The translations under genes were made by a program, and so were the position numbers. The notes beneath the pieces are model-generated. The model did no database searches. It saw only the letters and a program-made list of their open reading frames with translations, and had not been told where the DNA came from. 64,000 nucleotides of DNA. It comes from Dehalococcoidia bacterium (GTDB lineage Bacteria; Chloroflexota; Dehalococcoidia; Plut-88900). Below, in pieces: positions 28,450-38,707 of the stretch (the stretch's first letter is position 1; every line of letters begins with the position of its first letter). The stretch is taken from assembly GCA_965197585.1 (NCBI GenBank), contig OZ240215.1:736001-800000 (forward strand). The letters are read 5' to 3'.

Positions 28450-31029
28450 CTAAGAATTCGTAGCATATATCGAGACGATGCGCTCGGCCTCTAGATCATA
28501 TCGTTCGGCCAATTCCTTGAGTCCTGTTGCTAAACGAAAATACCCCGCATCTTCTACTTCCTCAGCCTTTCTTCTATACTGTCTCGCTAGATTGCGCTCG
28601 GGGTCACCGCTAGGGTCGATGTGGTGGGCTCCCCTAGCATTAAAGGCACCTATCACATAGCCTTCCCTCAATGATTCCGCATTCTCTTTGTTAAGGGCTG
28701 CTGCGACTGTTCGATCAATCCATAGATTGTCCGGGTCGGCGGGTGAATGGTACAGTACTTGACCCACTTGATTCAGGCCTACTTCAAGATGACCCGTCGC
28801 ATTGCATGCGGCAATTACTTGGGAAAGCCAGTCGTCGAATTGAACTGAGGATATTGAGCCATCGGGCAACATGCCCGGTGGCTTCCGCCAGCCGTTAAGA
28901 AGTTTCCATGCATTGCTAGCCAATGCTTGAGCTTCCTTGCTTGGGTTCGTACTGGGAGCAGTCTCCCCGCGAGGCCGGTACAAGAGGCGTATTATCTGGC
29001 AAAAGAACTGAGCATTGCCAGACAGTTCGCTTTCCAATGTTCTCGGCGAAGGGGACCGTCTTCCATCTAGTAGTGATACGTAAGCCCATTCAACTTTGAT
29101 CATATCCTCTCGGTTTGGTCTTTCGTCCTTTTGAAGAGCCTCTATAAGGCTTGTAATGTAGTAGAGTTCTGAAGCAGTAGGCTGTTCGTCCGAAACTGCT
29201 ATCGCGAGAAGCGTTCTGATGCTTCTGTCTACATCCAAGGTCCTCTCTCGAATGAAAGCGCCTCCGAGGCATCCTAGTGCTTCCCTGGCTCTGCCATATT
29301 GAAGGAGTTTATCCACAGCATGTCCAAAGTTTGCCTCAGCAAATCGAGTGGTCAGTGCATCATTCTGCCAGTATTCTGATTCATCGTGGCCGAGCCACTC
29401 GGTTGCACGAATCCAGGTTTCTTGGTTGAAAGGAAGACACGCTAAGAATCTGCTCAAATGCGGGACTGACCATTCGGTTCGGTTCAACTGATCCACCCAT
29501 TCCCACCCCGTTATATGCCGCCGAGTCCAGATGTAGGCTCGGATGAATTCGGACAATCCCTTGTCGTCTGTTGCCAGAAATGACGGAATCAAGAAATCGT
29601 CGATTTCGCCACCGGCCACTTCGGCTAGTGCCTTCCCTACGAAGTAAGTGGACTGCACCGCTTTTGCGAACTGCATAACCGATTCTGTCCCCCCATCAGC
29701 AAGAATCTCCCTTATCGCTTGTCTACGTTGTTCCTCTTCCACTTCATGGTCGCTTTCCCTATCCTGCAAGGCCAACACGCCACTATCAAACTTGAGCCGA
29801 TGCAACAATGTGGGGCTGGAGGGAGCAAGTTTCTCGGCTACAGTATCAACAGTCGATAACGTTTCTCGGTCCCAAACCCAGTTGGCATCTGGAAATCTTT
29901 GGTGTTTCCATACGAGCTTGGTCAACCTGTTCCAGAGCTTAAACAAGTATTCTTCATCCTCACCCGCATCCACGAGGCTTGGTAGGAAAGCTACCAAGCT
30001 CTGAAGCGGCTCCTCGGGCAAGCAGTCGAGTAGGTCAACCAACTCCAGCAGTTTACTCTTATCACCTGTTCCCACGCTGACCGCTAAATTGGCGCAAAAC
30101 AAGGTACAGTCCCAATAGTCATTGTTGGATACTCTAGGCTCCCAATCTCTTGCTACCGGATTGCGCCATTCCGGTTTGTGTGTAGGAGATCCTGTCTGTA
30201 CCTGGTCAGGCAACAGTTTGGTCAAGAGTTTCCATCCTTCGTTCGGGACTTCTTCCTGCACAGCTCTTATCGCGACCTTCCGCTTTTCTAGAGTCGCCTT
30301 AGTGTTGGGAAACCAAGGCAACAAAATACTTGTCAGAGAAGAAAGAGGCCGAGGATACCAATTGCCTCCCGAGTCCCGCTCCCCCATCTTAGCCAAGTCA
30401 ACACATACCCTGACCAAATATTCCTCATACCAACCAAGTGTTTCCATTGCCCAAAGTAAACCGTTCAAACAATACTCACCGGTGAACCCCACGGTTTCCT
30501 GAGCGAATAGCATGTCGATTGCACGGGAATCCTGATGCAGAGCCTCCTCTAGTGCCGAAAGAAACTCTTCAGGAGATGTCTCGGCCAATATGGGAAGTAG
30601 GTCCCCAAGGGTTGCCCATGAAGTCCAATCTGCCTCTGACAAGATTTCCCGTACAGCAAGGCGTGAGACATTTCCCGCTTTGTGCTGTGAGCAGTTGGTT
30701 AGCGCACTTGACTGAGTAGCCAAGAGAACTAGAGTTTCTGCTAATCCGCGTCTCAATTCGTATGAATACTTGGGTTTCTTTCCGTATGCCATTGCCGCGT
30801 ATCTTTCGGACGGGGGCAGGTCAAATTTGGGATCGGGTTCGGACAATACGTTGACGGCGAGTTCGGAAAGCATGTCGAGGTCCTCGTCAAAAATCCTCGG
30901 TCCGAGCTCCTTCCATAGGCTTATTTTGTCATTAATCTGCCAAAGCCCATTTCGAAGCGTTAGGGGCGAAGATGAGTCGTTTAGCACATCTTGTATGTCG
31001 GAGAACCAAGACGTGAGATCATTAACCAC
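28450..31029 (-). CDS. large helical protein; C-terminal part of a split defence-island gene
   Basis: 859-aa ORF with AGGAGG 7 nt upstream of GTG, overlapping the upstream stop. Confidence 0.7.
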   Translation of the reverse strand: MVNDLTSWFSDIQDVLNDSSSPLTLRNGLWQINDKISLWKELGPRIFDEDLDMLSELAVNVLSEPDPKFDLPPSERYAAMAYGKKPKYSYELRRGLAETLVLLATQSSALTNCSQHKAGNVSRLAVREILSEADWTSWATLGDLLPILAETSPEEFLSALEEALHQDSRAIDMLFAQETVGFTGEYCLNGLLWAMETLGWYEEYLVRVCVDLAKMGERDSGGNWYPRPLSSLTSILLPWFPNTKATLEKRKVAIRAVQEEVPNEGWKLLTKLLPDQVQTGSPTHKPEWRNPVARDWEPRVSNNDYWDCTLFCANLAVSVGTGDKSKLLELVDLLDCLPEEPLQSLVAFLPSLVDAGEDEEYLFKLWNRLTKLVWKHQRFPDANWVWDRETLSTVDTVAEKLAPSSPTLLHRLKFDSGVLALQDRESDHEVEEEQRRQAIREILADGGTESVMQFAKAVQSTYFVGKALAEVAGGEIDDFLIPSFLATDDKGLSEFIRAYIWTRRHITGWEWVDQLNRTEWSVPHLSRFLACLPFNQETWIRATEWLGHDESEYWQNDALTTRFAEANFGHAVDKLLQYGRAREALGCLGGAFIRERTLDVDRSIRTLLAIAVSDEQPTASELYYITSLIEALQKDERPNREDMIKVEWAYVSLLDGRRSPSPRTLESELSGNAQFFCQIIRLLYRPRGETAPSTNPSKEAQALASNAWKLLNGWRKPPGMLPDGSISSVQFDDWLSQVIAACNATGHLEVGLNQVGQVLYHSPADPDNLWIDRTVAAALNKENAESLREGYVIGAFNARGAHHIDPSGDPERNLARQYRRKAEEVEDAGYFRLATGLKELAERYDLEAERIVSIYATNS

Positions 31030-32011
31030 AGGTGTACCTCCTAGAGCGTAGAGCCATTGCCCGAACGACCTCTAAGTCAGCCTCGTTGTTTTCGTCCCAT
31101 GCTCCCAGGAGAAGAGCCTTCACGAGCGAAGCCGCCTTGGAATGCTGGTTCCAATCTGTAACAATTTTGAGTTGCTGTCCGGTTGATGTCGCAAAAATGC
31201 TCGTAACAGTCTTCTTAGGTCTGAAGGCATCAATCAGATGCTGTGGCAATTTTTCTCGGCTAATTGTTCCCGCATCCTGATTCCACGTCTGAACGAGTTC
31301 CACTATTGCACCCCAGACCTGCTCGGGTGAACCAACTTCATATTGGGAGAAATGGGAGAATATAAGAGGCAACGTAGTTCCGTCGTCGCTACCAAGGTCA
31401 TAGCAGAGCAGATCAAGATGTCGAAGGAATGAGTACAAATCCTCGCACCCGACACTAAGGTGTGCTTGGAAGGCTGCCAGCCTGGCACGTTTAGAATTAC
31501 TGCTAAAATTGGCTTTTCCTACGTGCCTATAAAACTCAGCGTGGTCTGCCGTGTGCCTAGCTTGTCTCAGTAACCAAACAACGTCGTGCTCATTTGTTCC
31601 CTTCAGATGACCTGTGATCAATGCAATTCGATCCTGCCCTTTCTGGAAAAGATCATGGTTGTTGAAATCCTTCCAAGCGGCTTGGATGGATTTGCCAAAG
31701 GTTTGGTCCCCTTTAGTAAAGCTCACGTCGTGTTTAATTTGAGCGATTAGCTTCCTAGTGGTCCTATCTAGAGGCTCTTCTACAACTACTAGGACGTCAT
31801 CCGTGTCGAACCCCTCTACCTTGTTTTGTAGTTTTATCTCCTTAATCGGCCAAGGCGGCAGGCTTGGTGCCACCCCGCCCGAGAGCATTAGAGCGACGAA
31901 CATGGCCTGGATGTGAGCTTCAAAGTGAGGTCCGCCTCCACCAGTGGAAAAGGGATTACTCAGTTGTGCGGCTTGCTGATTCATGCCCTTTACAGAGTGA
32001 GGAGGCTTCAC
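31022..32011 (-). CDS. putative PD-(D/E)xK nuclease-domain protein; N-terminal part of split gene
   Basis: SNPFSTGGGG.HFE, DDVLV, AQIKH restriction-nuclease-like pattern. Confidence 0.7.
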   Translation of the reverse strand: MKPPHSVKGMNQQAAQLSNPFSTGGGGPHFEAHIQAMFVALMLSGGVAPSLPPWPIKEIKLQNKVEGFDTDDVLVVVEEPLDRTTRKLIAQIKHDVSFTKGDQTFGKSIQAAWKDFNNHDLFQKGQDRIALITGHLKGTNEHDVVWLLRQARHTADHAEFYRHVGKANFSSNSKRARLAAFQAHLSVGCEDLYSFLRHLDLLCYDLGSDDGTTLPLIFSHFSQYEVGSPEQVWGAIVELVQTWNQDAGTISREKLPQHLIDAFRPKKTVTSIFATSTGQQLKIVTDWNQHSKAASLVKALLLGAWDENNEADLEVVRAMALRSRRYTCG

Positions 32012-32944
32012 TCATTCTCTATCTCCAGCTACGGGAGATGGCTACGAAACAATAGGCGCTGCACCCCATGACCATCTGCCTGGGGAGTACGTCAAACTTC
32101 CCTGTTTGTACTGCGTACCAATCCAACAACGTTTGGTATTCGGAAAGTCCTTGCATAACTCAATGAGTGTTTCTTACTGCTTCTAGTCTTCTAAACCAAC
32201 CTAATAAACGCGAACGAAAAGTCAATCTGCGGCTACCCTTTGTCAATCCCTATCAATTTGAGAGATAAACTTCCCCACTCATTACTCTCAAACTAGGCGA
32301 ATTCCGCTGAGCTGTTTCCGTGAAGTGCCGTACTTCCTATGGTAGCAGGCTACATCTCAGCGCCATGCTTTCCAAGTAGGACAGCCGCTTTGTGAGAACC
32401 TGGTATACGCCCAGTTATGGTTCCACAATGAGGTGGAGCCGTTGTTGCATCTAGCCTTATACATTGTAGGTGGAACCACCTTCTAGATGTGACTGAGAGA
32501 TCTGAGACGTTTCGAATGATTTGGTTCAGTCCAGTCCTTCTCAACTCACTGGTGCCGTGCCATAAAGCGCACTTTTCACTGGGGGGCGTCCATCTAGGTT
32601 GTTGCGGTTGAGTTGAGGAGATCACTTGGCAAGTTCGAGTTCAAGATGGTTGCTTGTCCTTACCTAAATTCTATGGCTCGGGCATAGGCATGGGCGATTG
32701 CAAATGAACCTCATTCTACCGTCAGAGAGTAAGGCAACTCGCTGGAATTTGCTTACAGCTAGCCTGGAAGACGGATCTTGGGTGCCCCCTCTTGAATCTC
32801 AACGTTCTATGGCACACTACGGCCAATTGCCCAGGATAATATTTCGACTTGTGATGCCACGATTGGGCTGGAGGCAAGGTTGGCGGTGAATTCAACTCTC
32901 CTATACATCTCGCCGGTTATTGTGACCTACTTATGGGCTCCGAT

Positions 32945-34105
32945 TCAATTTGCCCCGTCTCCCCAGTCAATCCACTGCAGGGACTCGTGGGAGAAGCCCT
33001 TGTGCCAGACGCGAGTCTTGCTAGGATCGAGGAACGGTATGCCCTTGAGTGCAGACTCCCCCGAAGCACTCTTAGTTATAACCTGAATAGGCACTCGCCT
33101 TTGTCCCCACTTGGTTGTATCTCCTCCCTGCTGATAGCTGACAAATAGACTGCCCAGTGCTTCGTATGCGTAATTGTCATAGGAAGGCATTGAGTAACCG
33201 ATAATTATTATGGCCGAAAAGATATCCATTGTGTGATGGAGACTTTCCCAAAGATCCAAAATAGCGTCATGTCCGAGTAATTTGTCATGGGCTAGTGGAA
33301 GGACGAACGGTACTACGTGAGATCCGAAGCGCTCTTCGAATGGGAAGTGTTCCAAGTGATTTGGTACACGAAAGACTTGGGCTAGTATGCGTTGTCCAAG
33401 ACCTTCTACTGGAGCTCTAGAAAGCGGTTCGGGTTGGACCAACGGATTCGGCCCGAATATAGGGTCGCAATCTGGTACATGATTGCCTTGCTCGTAATGC
33501 CAGCGTGTAGCTTCATCGTGGTACTGGCGGGTGTACCAGTCTACGGATCCGTGCAACTTTAACAAGTCGACATATTTTTGCCCGGATTCCAGCCTCTCTC
33601 GGCTCAACCACCATTCGGGCGTCAGGGTGTAGGGCTTGATGACATCGTCAAGAGATTGCTCAAGCAACGTGTCGTAGTTGAAGGTAAGGACAAGGTCATT
33701 TGGAGACAAATTGTGGCAAAATTTCAAATAGAGTGGAGGAGGACTACTCGGTGTTGCCGCTATTAGGACTTGTTGGATTGCCCTCCTTGCTGCCACTATT
33801 GACCTACTGCCATGTTCAAAATACTCATCTGGGCCCAGCAGGCCTAGATAGTGCTTACGGTGACTGTAGGCCAGAACGCGTTCCAAGTCGACTGCCATAT
33901 CCGGATACAGCAAAGTCCACTCTCGAATTTCTTCTTCGAGAGTGCCTTCCCAACCACCGCCCCACTCAAAGTAGGTCTTGACTTCCTTGCGGACCTCTTT
34001 CAAGAGTTCCCCCGCTAGAGGGAGACCCGCAGGCTTGGAGAAGCCTGCGCCAAGTACGAATAAGCGGGAAAAGGGTAGACTAATGGTTGCACCTCCAACT
34101 CCCAT
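32945..34105 (-). CDS. SIR2-like (SIR2_2) domain protein
   Basis: FVLGAGFS, TFNYDTLLE, LKLHGS, IIGYS. Confidence 0.85.
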   Translation of the reverse strand: MGVGGATISLPFSRLFVLGAGFSKPAGLPLAGELLKEVRKEVKTYFEWGGGWEGTLEEEIREWTLLYPDMAVDLERVLAYSHRKHYLGLLGPDEYFEHGSRSIVAARRAIQQVLIAATPSSPPPLYLKFCHNLSPNDLVLTFNYDTLLEQSLDDVIKPYTLTPEWWLSRERLESGQKYVDLLKLHGSVDWYTRQYHDEATRWHYEQGNHVPDCDPIFGPNPLVQPEPLSRAPVEGLGQRILAQVFRVPNHLEHFPFEERFGSHVVPFVLPLAHDKLLGHDAILDLWESLHHTMDIFSAIIIIGYSMPSYDNYAYEALGSLFVSYQQGGDTTKWGQRRVPIQVITKSASGESALKGIPFLDPSKTRVWHKGFSHESLQWIDWGDGAN

Positions 34106-34321
34106 TTTACAGTTCTGAGAGGCCGCTGTTCAGGAGGGCATTGAAGAGCCTTGGAGCGGAGGAACACAGGCGGCCATTACGTTGGCTCAGTCCCTGCCTC
34201 CAACACATCCGCCGCTTCCTGTTACTCTTTACAGGACATCTGATAGCTGTCCCGAGGCTATTAATGTGGGCTAGAAACTCAACACAGACCGTAATCTGCA
34301 TTCGTGATGTTTGAGGAATCC

Positions 34322-35506
34322 TTAGAGTGTTTCCATTGCCCGCTTCACAGACTCATTCAAGTGAAGAATACGCTGTGCATCATCTTCAGAGGGAACTAAA
34401 TTGCGATGAACTATTTCATGCCGTTGCTTTTGCCTCTTGATCCACTCGGACCATAGACTGTTGTCTATGTGTGGAATTGCTTGTCCACAATGTTCTAGCA
34501 GCAGTTCCTTGAGTCGCACAGTGAGCTTCCAGTTATCTCCAGTACGAAGCAGGTAATCGATCTCGGTCGATGTCATAGTTTGGGTAAGTCTTTCGTAGAA
34601 GAACCGCTCGACGTACACTTCTAACGAAATAAAGCTTTCGATGACTGCCAGCTTTGCATCGTGCCGTTCTAACGCGGCCAAAGCACTCTGTCGGAGAAGT
34701 TCGTCAACAGGCGGTCGGAATCCGCTTTCTAGCAAGTACCTAAAGGAATCGACCACTTCCTTTGGCTTACTGACCATCGCCGGCCTGATGCCATACATTC
34801 CAAATGTGATGGGGTGATACCCGCATTTGTAGGTGAATGAGCCGCCGGGATATTGCTCGTGCTTTCGTATGCTGTAGTCATCGTGGATTCCAATGCGGAT
34901 GTCCTCAACACACAATTCAGGCAATCTCTCAAGGTATAAATCGTCGGTTACGGTCCGATAAACGTCGACGAAATGATTGACGAATGCGAGTACCATCGTC
35001 GATATCTCATCCACTACTTGACGCACGTCTTCTTGGGCTCTGCCGTCATTTCCTTCTTGGTACGGGTAGAATCCGTCGGGCACTTGCCAGTCAAATTCTA
35101 CAGTCAGGCGAGTGTAGCGGAAGTAGCCGCTGGGATCTCTCTCAAACTCCATATTGCGAGCCCGTAGTTCTTCCGCAAGCGGCTTCGGTTGGCCAATCGA
35201 TTGAGTGAGAATCTGAGCGTCGTTCAGGTATACAGGTTCGTTGGGTACCACAAGTTCGGATATCTCGATGTCCGAACCTTCAGATCTCTTTGTCCACACC
35301 TTTTGGGGATACACTCCTAAGAGTTCACCATCAATTGGGTAATTGAAAACATATCGAATGCTTGGGATATAGAGACAGTAGGGGAGACGCACCACTGCTT
35401 GGACCGTTTCAGTGGCTCCTAGCTCTTGACCGGAGACTGAGTAGGTGAGCACGAACCCTTCCAGCAGGGGTTGTTTTGACCCGATTACGAACTGCTTTGT
35501 ATTCAT
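34322..35506 (-). CDS. hypothetical protein with C-terminal HEPN-like RxxxxH motif
   Basis: helical C-terminus with SLE..VE and RHEIVH. Confidence 0.6.
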   Translation of the reverse strand: MNTKQFVIGSKQPLLEGFVLTYSVSGQELGATETVQAVVRLPYCLYIPSIRYVFNYPIDGELLGVYPQKVWTKRSEGSDIEISELVVPNEPVYLNDAQILTQSIGQPKPLAEELRARNMEFERDPSGYFRYTRLTVEFDWQVPDGFYPYQEGNDGRAQEDVRQVVDEISTMVLAFVNHFVDVYRTVTDDLYLERLPELCVEDIRIGIHDDYSIRKHEQYPGGSFTYKCGYHPITFGMYGIRPAMVSKPKEVVDSFRYLLESGFRPPVDELLRQSALAALERHDAKLAVIESFISLEVYVERFFYERLTQTMTSTEIDYLLRTGDNWKLTVRLKELLLEHCGQAIPHIDNSLWSEWIKRQKQRHEIVHRNLVPSEDDAQRILHLNESVKRAMETL

Positions 35507-35689
35507 ATCGTTAGTTTAGACCGGGTTGTCATCATCTGTGCTAGCTACGTGATTCTTTGTTAAGACACACCACCCTTTGGCCCCCTTTGTCAGACCTCAG
35601 CCACACCCGGCTTCTTAGCTCGCCACTATGCTCGTTGAACAGGTTACGTCCAACGGTGATTAGCTCGTCCCCTGTTTCAACCTCGATGC

Positions 35690-37588
35690 TCAAAGGTCCC
35701 CGAGGTCGCTCTCCCAGACCAGCATGGAGTCTTGAAGCAGCCCTATGTAGAATTCATCAACGCTTGCTTCACGGAGTTCATCGACAAACCTACCAAAGTT
35801 CCAAAAATCCGTACCGGGCTGCCTGGCGTCATCGGATAACTCAACGTCCTTCGCCATCGCTATGAATAGGCCGGACACGCTCTGGATGGGTTCTGTGCAA
35901 CCAAATGCATCCTCAATCAGTGACCTATGGGTGTTCAGTAAATGCATCGTTTTATAGAATTTCTGAATCTGTTTATCAAGATCGAACGCGGAATCAGACT
36001 GCCCCTTGACCTCGATGATTTTGCACTCACTTCCAGCGGTGCTGAACCGTATTCCGACCACATCGAGTTCTCTTTTGAAATCTGGTGGCGATGTCACCTT
36101 GAGTGATACTCTTACTTTATGGTAGCCGGATTGGGAGAGTAGCTGGCCAGCGAGCAACTCAGGGAATGCCCTTCTTATTTTCCCTGACACCTTTTCCAGC
36201 TCTTGGAATTTCTCTAGGAGACGTCGGAACGATCGAAAGTCACAGAGGGACAGCAAGTCACCTACGGGCACATTGATTAGTTCAATCCATTCAATGTCCC
36301 TGTTCAGTTTACTCGCGAGGTTGTTGATTCGGACCACCCTCTGGTCATCGCTCGGATCCAGTCCCTCAGCTCTATACGGGCGGTCGAACACCCACCAGTC
36401 TGAATAGGTACCCGAGGACATTCGCAGGGCCAGCGAGACTTCGTTTGGCCCATTCACCTCCGAACCGTGTACAATCCTCAGCATTTCGATTGGGTCCTCA
36501 TCCGGAAGCGTAATAGCCAGACCAGAGGCAACGGTTTCGATGTGCCTCCTGCTCGCTGAATCACGGGAAGCGATGAGAATCGGTCGCCTACCTAGGAGTG
36601 CTGCCAGTCTGTCTACCGGGTCGGCCGGCCTCACCCGAGTATACAGGGAGGGCAGGATTTTGGATGGCAGAACGGGAGGGCGTGACAGGCCGTAATCCAG
36701 TCCTGAAAGATCGAGGCCGGGAGTGACCCGAAACATGCGCTTTCCGGCTTCCCAACACCTATCTGGATCTGAGTTCTGTCGGAGCAGGGTGTGAGGATCC
36801 TCCAGCGCTTCACTCCACTGCCCGGTCTCCTGCAGCGATACTGTTATAGCGGATAGCTTTCCTATCAACCAATTGGGCTTGAATTCCTTGTGGTTGTATT
36901 CCGGCAACCCTCTCATGTGGTCGCGATGGGTCTGGACGTCGAACATCGACTGACCGAATAAATCCGGCTGCCTCCATACGGTGGGTTTGCGCCTGCCATA
37001 TCGGAACTTTGGAGAACCAACGTCTTCAAACCAGGAGTCTCGGAGTACATCCACCGTGCCCATCAGAAGAAGGCGGTCAGGGCCTTGATTCGGCCCGCTC
37101 TCGACTTGCTCTAAGGCACGACAGGTGTGCGCGATTTCCAGCAGTTCATCGGCGAGTTTCTCCGCCCTTTTGTTTGCCTCGGAGAGCCTTTCCCACCAAA
37201 CACCTGCTTGAAGATACACTGTTATCAGATCATCTATTCCACATGCCACCCTGGCTAGTTCGGAATCTGGATCGGATATGGCTGCATTCAACTTCGTCCC
37301 ATCGTCTCCTTGAACGATGCTCCACCACCTGAATAGATGGTAGTCAGGTTCCAATCCAAGGAGTGCCGGGGAGTAGATGATTCCGTCAAGGAGGCCCCAT
37401 AGTCCAGACTGGACGACAAACTCATAGCCAAGGGCTAAGTCATTCTCATTTAACTCAGTGCTTGAGAAGACGCGGTCGCGTATCTCCAGCATGCGGGCGA
37501 ATGCTGTCGGGCTGCACAAGGACTTAATCAGCAACGCATTCGACATCAATTTGAGACGGTCGACTTGCGTTAGTTGGTCTTCAATCAA
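35690..37588 (-). CDS. hypothetical protein with C-terminal PD-(D/E)xK nuclease-like domain
   Basis: FPELLA...ELDVVG...IIEVKG motif; GGAG RBS before TTG. Confidence 0.65.
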   Translation of the reverse strand: MIEDQLTQVDRLKLMSNALLIKSLCSPTAFARMLEIRDRVFSSTELNENDLALGYEFVVQSGLWGLLDGIIYSPALLGLEPDYHLFRWWSIVQGDDGTKLNAAISDPDSELARVACGIDDLITVYLQAGVWWERLSEANKRAEKLADELLEIAHTCRALEQVESGPNQGPDRLLLMGTVDVLRDSWFEDVGSPKFRYGRRKPTVWRQPDLFGQSMFDVQTHRDHMRGLPEYNHKEFKPNWLIGKLSAITVSLQETGQWSEALEDPHTLLRQNSDPDRCWEAGKRMFRVTPGLDLSGLDYGLSRPPVLPSKILPSLYTRVRPADPVDRLAALLGRRPILIASRDSASRRHIETVASGLAITLPDEDPIEMLRIVHGSEVNGPNEVSLALRMSSGTYSDWWVFDRPYRAEGLDPSDDQRVVRINNLASKLNRDIEWIELINVPVGDLLSLCDFRSFRRLLEKFQELEKVSGKIRRAFPELLAGQLLSQSGYHKVRVSLKVTSPPDFKRELDVVGIRFSTAGSECKIIEVKGQSDSAFDLDKQIQKFYKTMHLLNTHRSLIEDAFGCTEPIQSVSGLFIAMAKDVELSDDARQPGTDFWNFGRFVDELREASVDEFYIGLLQDSMLVWESDLGDL

Positions 37589-37994
37589 TTGGGCTCTCCA
37601 AACTCGATGTTGACTGCCTATTTGTTAACTTTATGGGAACCGACACAATAAGTATGCGGGACCAGCAGCTCCAACCGCAGATAGTGCACCCACAATGGTG
37701 ATTTTTGGATCCTAAAGAGGCCTGCTTGTCCTTTTTTGGTAAGCCCGCTCACATACGCCGATGGATGCCAAGAATCGACCTCCCGCTTATCCCTACGCTC
37801 CGGCTTTCTGCCACACTCGATGTCACCTAGCGTTTCTGCTCTGTGTCTAACTCCCTAGTCAAAGCGTGACACAATGGCGGGCTTGTCCGGTTCTCGAATC
37901 ATGAACTCGGCCCCGAATAGCAGCATCTGTCATGTGTGCATCGCAACTACAGTATCGGTAGGTCTTGCTAAGGAAGCTGCATCGTCGCCGAAGT

Positions 37995-38660
37995 TCATCT
38001 CAACCGAACTATGAGTTCGGGCCCATCGTTACGCGAAAAGTTCACCAGCGTAGAGACTTCGTATGCATCTAGGCCCCCACTGGGGCTGGGAACCAGCATG
38101 TGAGCAAGGGTCGCCGGTTCCTCAATGCTCGGGTTCAGCCATATCTCCTCTGACCCTCGGGGCAGGATTACGGGCATCCGGTTGTGGATTGGGCTTAGAA
38201 AGTCGTTGGTTGCAGTAGTGATGATGGTACAGGACGGCACTATGTTGCCCTGGTGGTCTTTCCACGTCTCCCACAACCCGGCCATTGCGAAGGGCTCCCC
38301 TGACTTCATGATGATGCGATAGGGCTTCTTGCCCACAGGAGTCTTCTGCCACTCATAGTATCCGTCTGCGAGGACGAGGCAGCGGCGTTTCTTGAGAGCG
38401 TTGCGGAAGGCCGGTTTCTCGGCGACGGTCTCGGCGCGGGCGTTGATCATGCGCGCCCCGATCTTAGGATCCTTGGCCCAGAAGGGGACGAGGCCCCAGC
38501 GCATAAGGGATGCTTCCCTACCCTTGACATTTCTGACTGTCAGGACAGATTCGGTGGGGGCTATGTTGTAGCCGGGATCGTAGCTGAAGTCGGCGCCGTC
38601 GAATTCGAACCGTTGGGCGAGGTCTCCGATGTCGGCTATCAGGGTGTATCTACCGCACAC
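37995..38660 (-). CDS. SOS response-associated peptidase (SRAP/YedK/HMCES)
   Basis: N-terminal MCGRY, YNIAPT, INARAET, HNRMP. Confidence 0.95.
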   Translation of the reverse strand: MCGRYTLIADIGDLAQRFEFDGADFSYDPGYNIAPTESVLTVRNVKGREASLMRWGLVPFWAKDPKIGARMINARAETVAEKPAFRNALKKRRCLVLADGYYEWQKTPVGKKPYRIIMKSGEPFAMAGLWETWKDHQGNIVPSCTIITTATNDFLSPIHNRMPVILPRGSEEIWLNPSIEEPATLAHMLVPSPSGGLDAYEVSTLVNFSRNDGPELIVRLR

Positions 38661-38707
38661 GTCAGTGATTCCTCCCGACCGATTATCCCACTCGTAGGGC
38701 GGTCACC

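Noticed and set aside
32050-32940. Short ORFs between SIR2 and the split gene
   Set aside because: Mutually overlapping with no recognisable domains.
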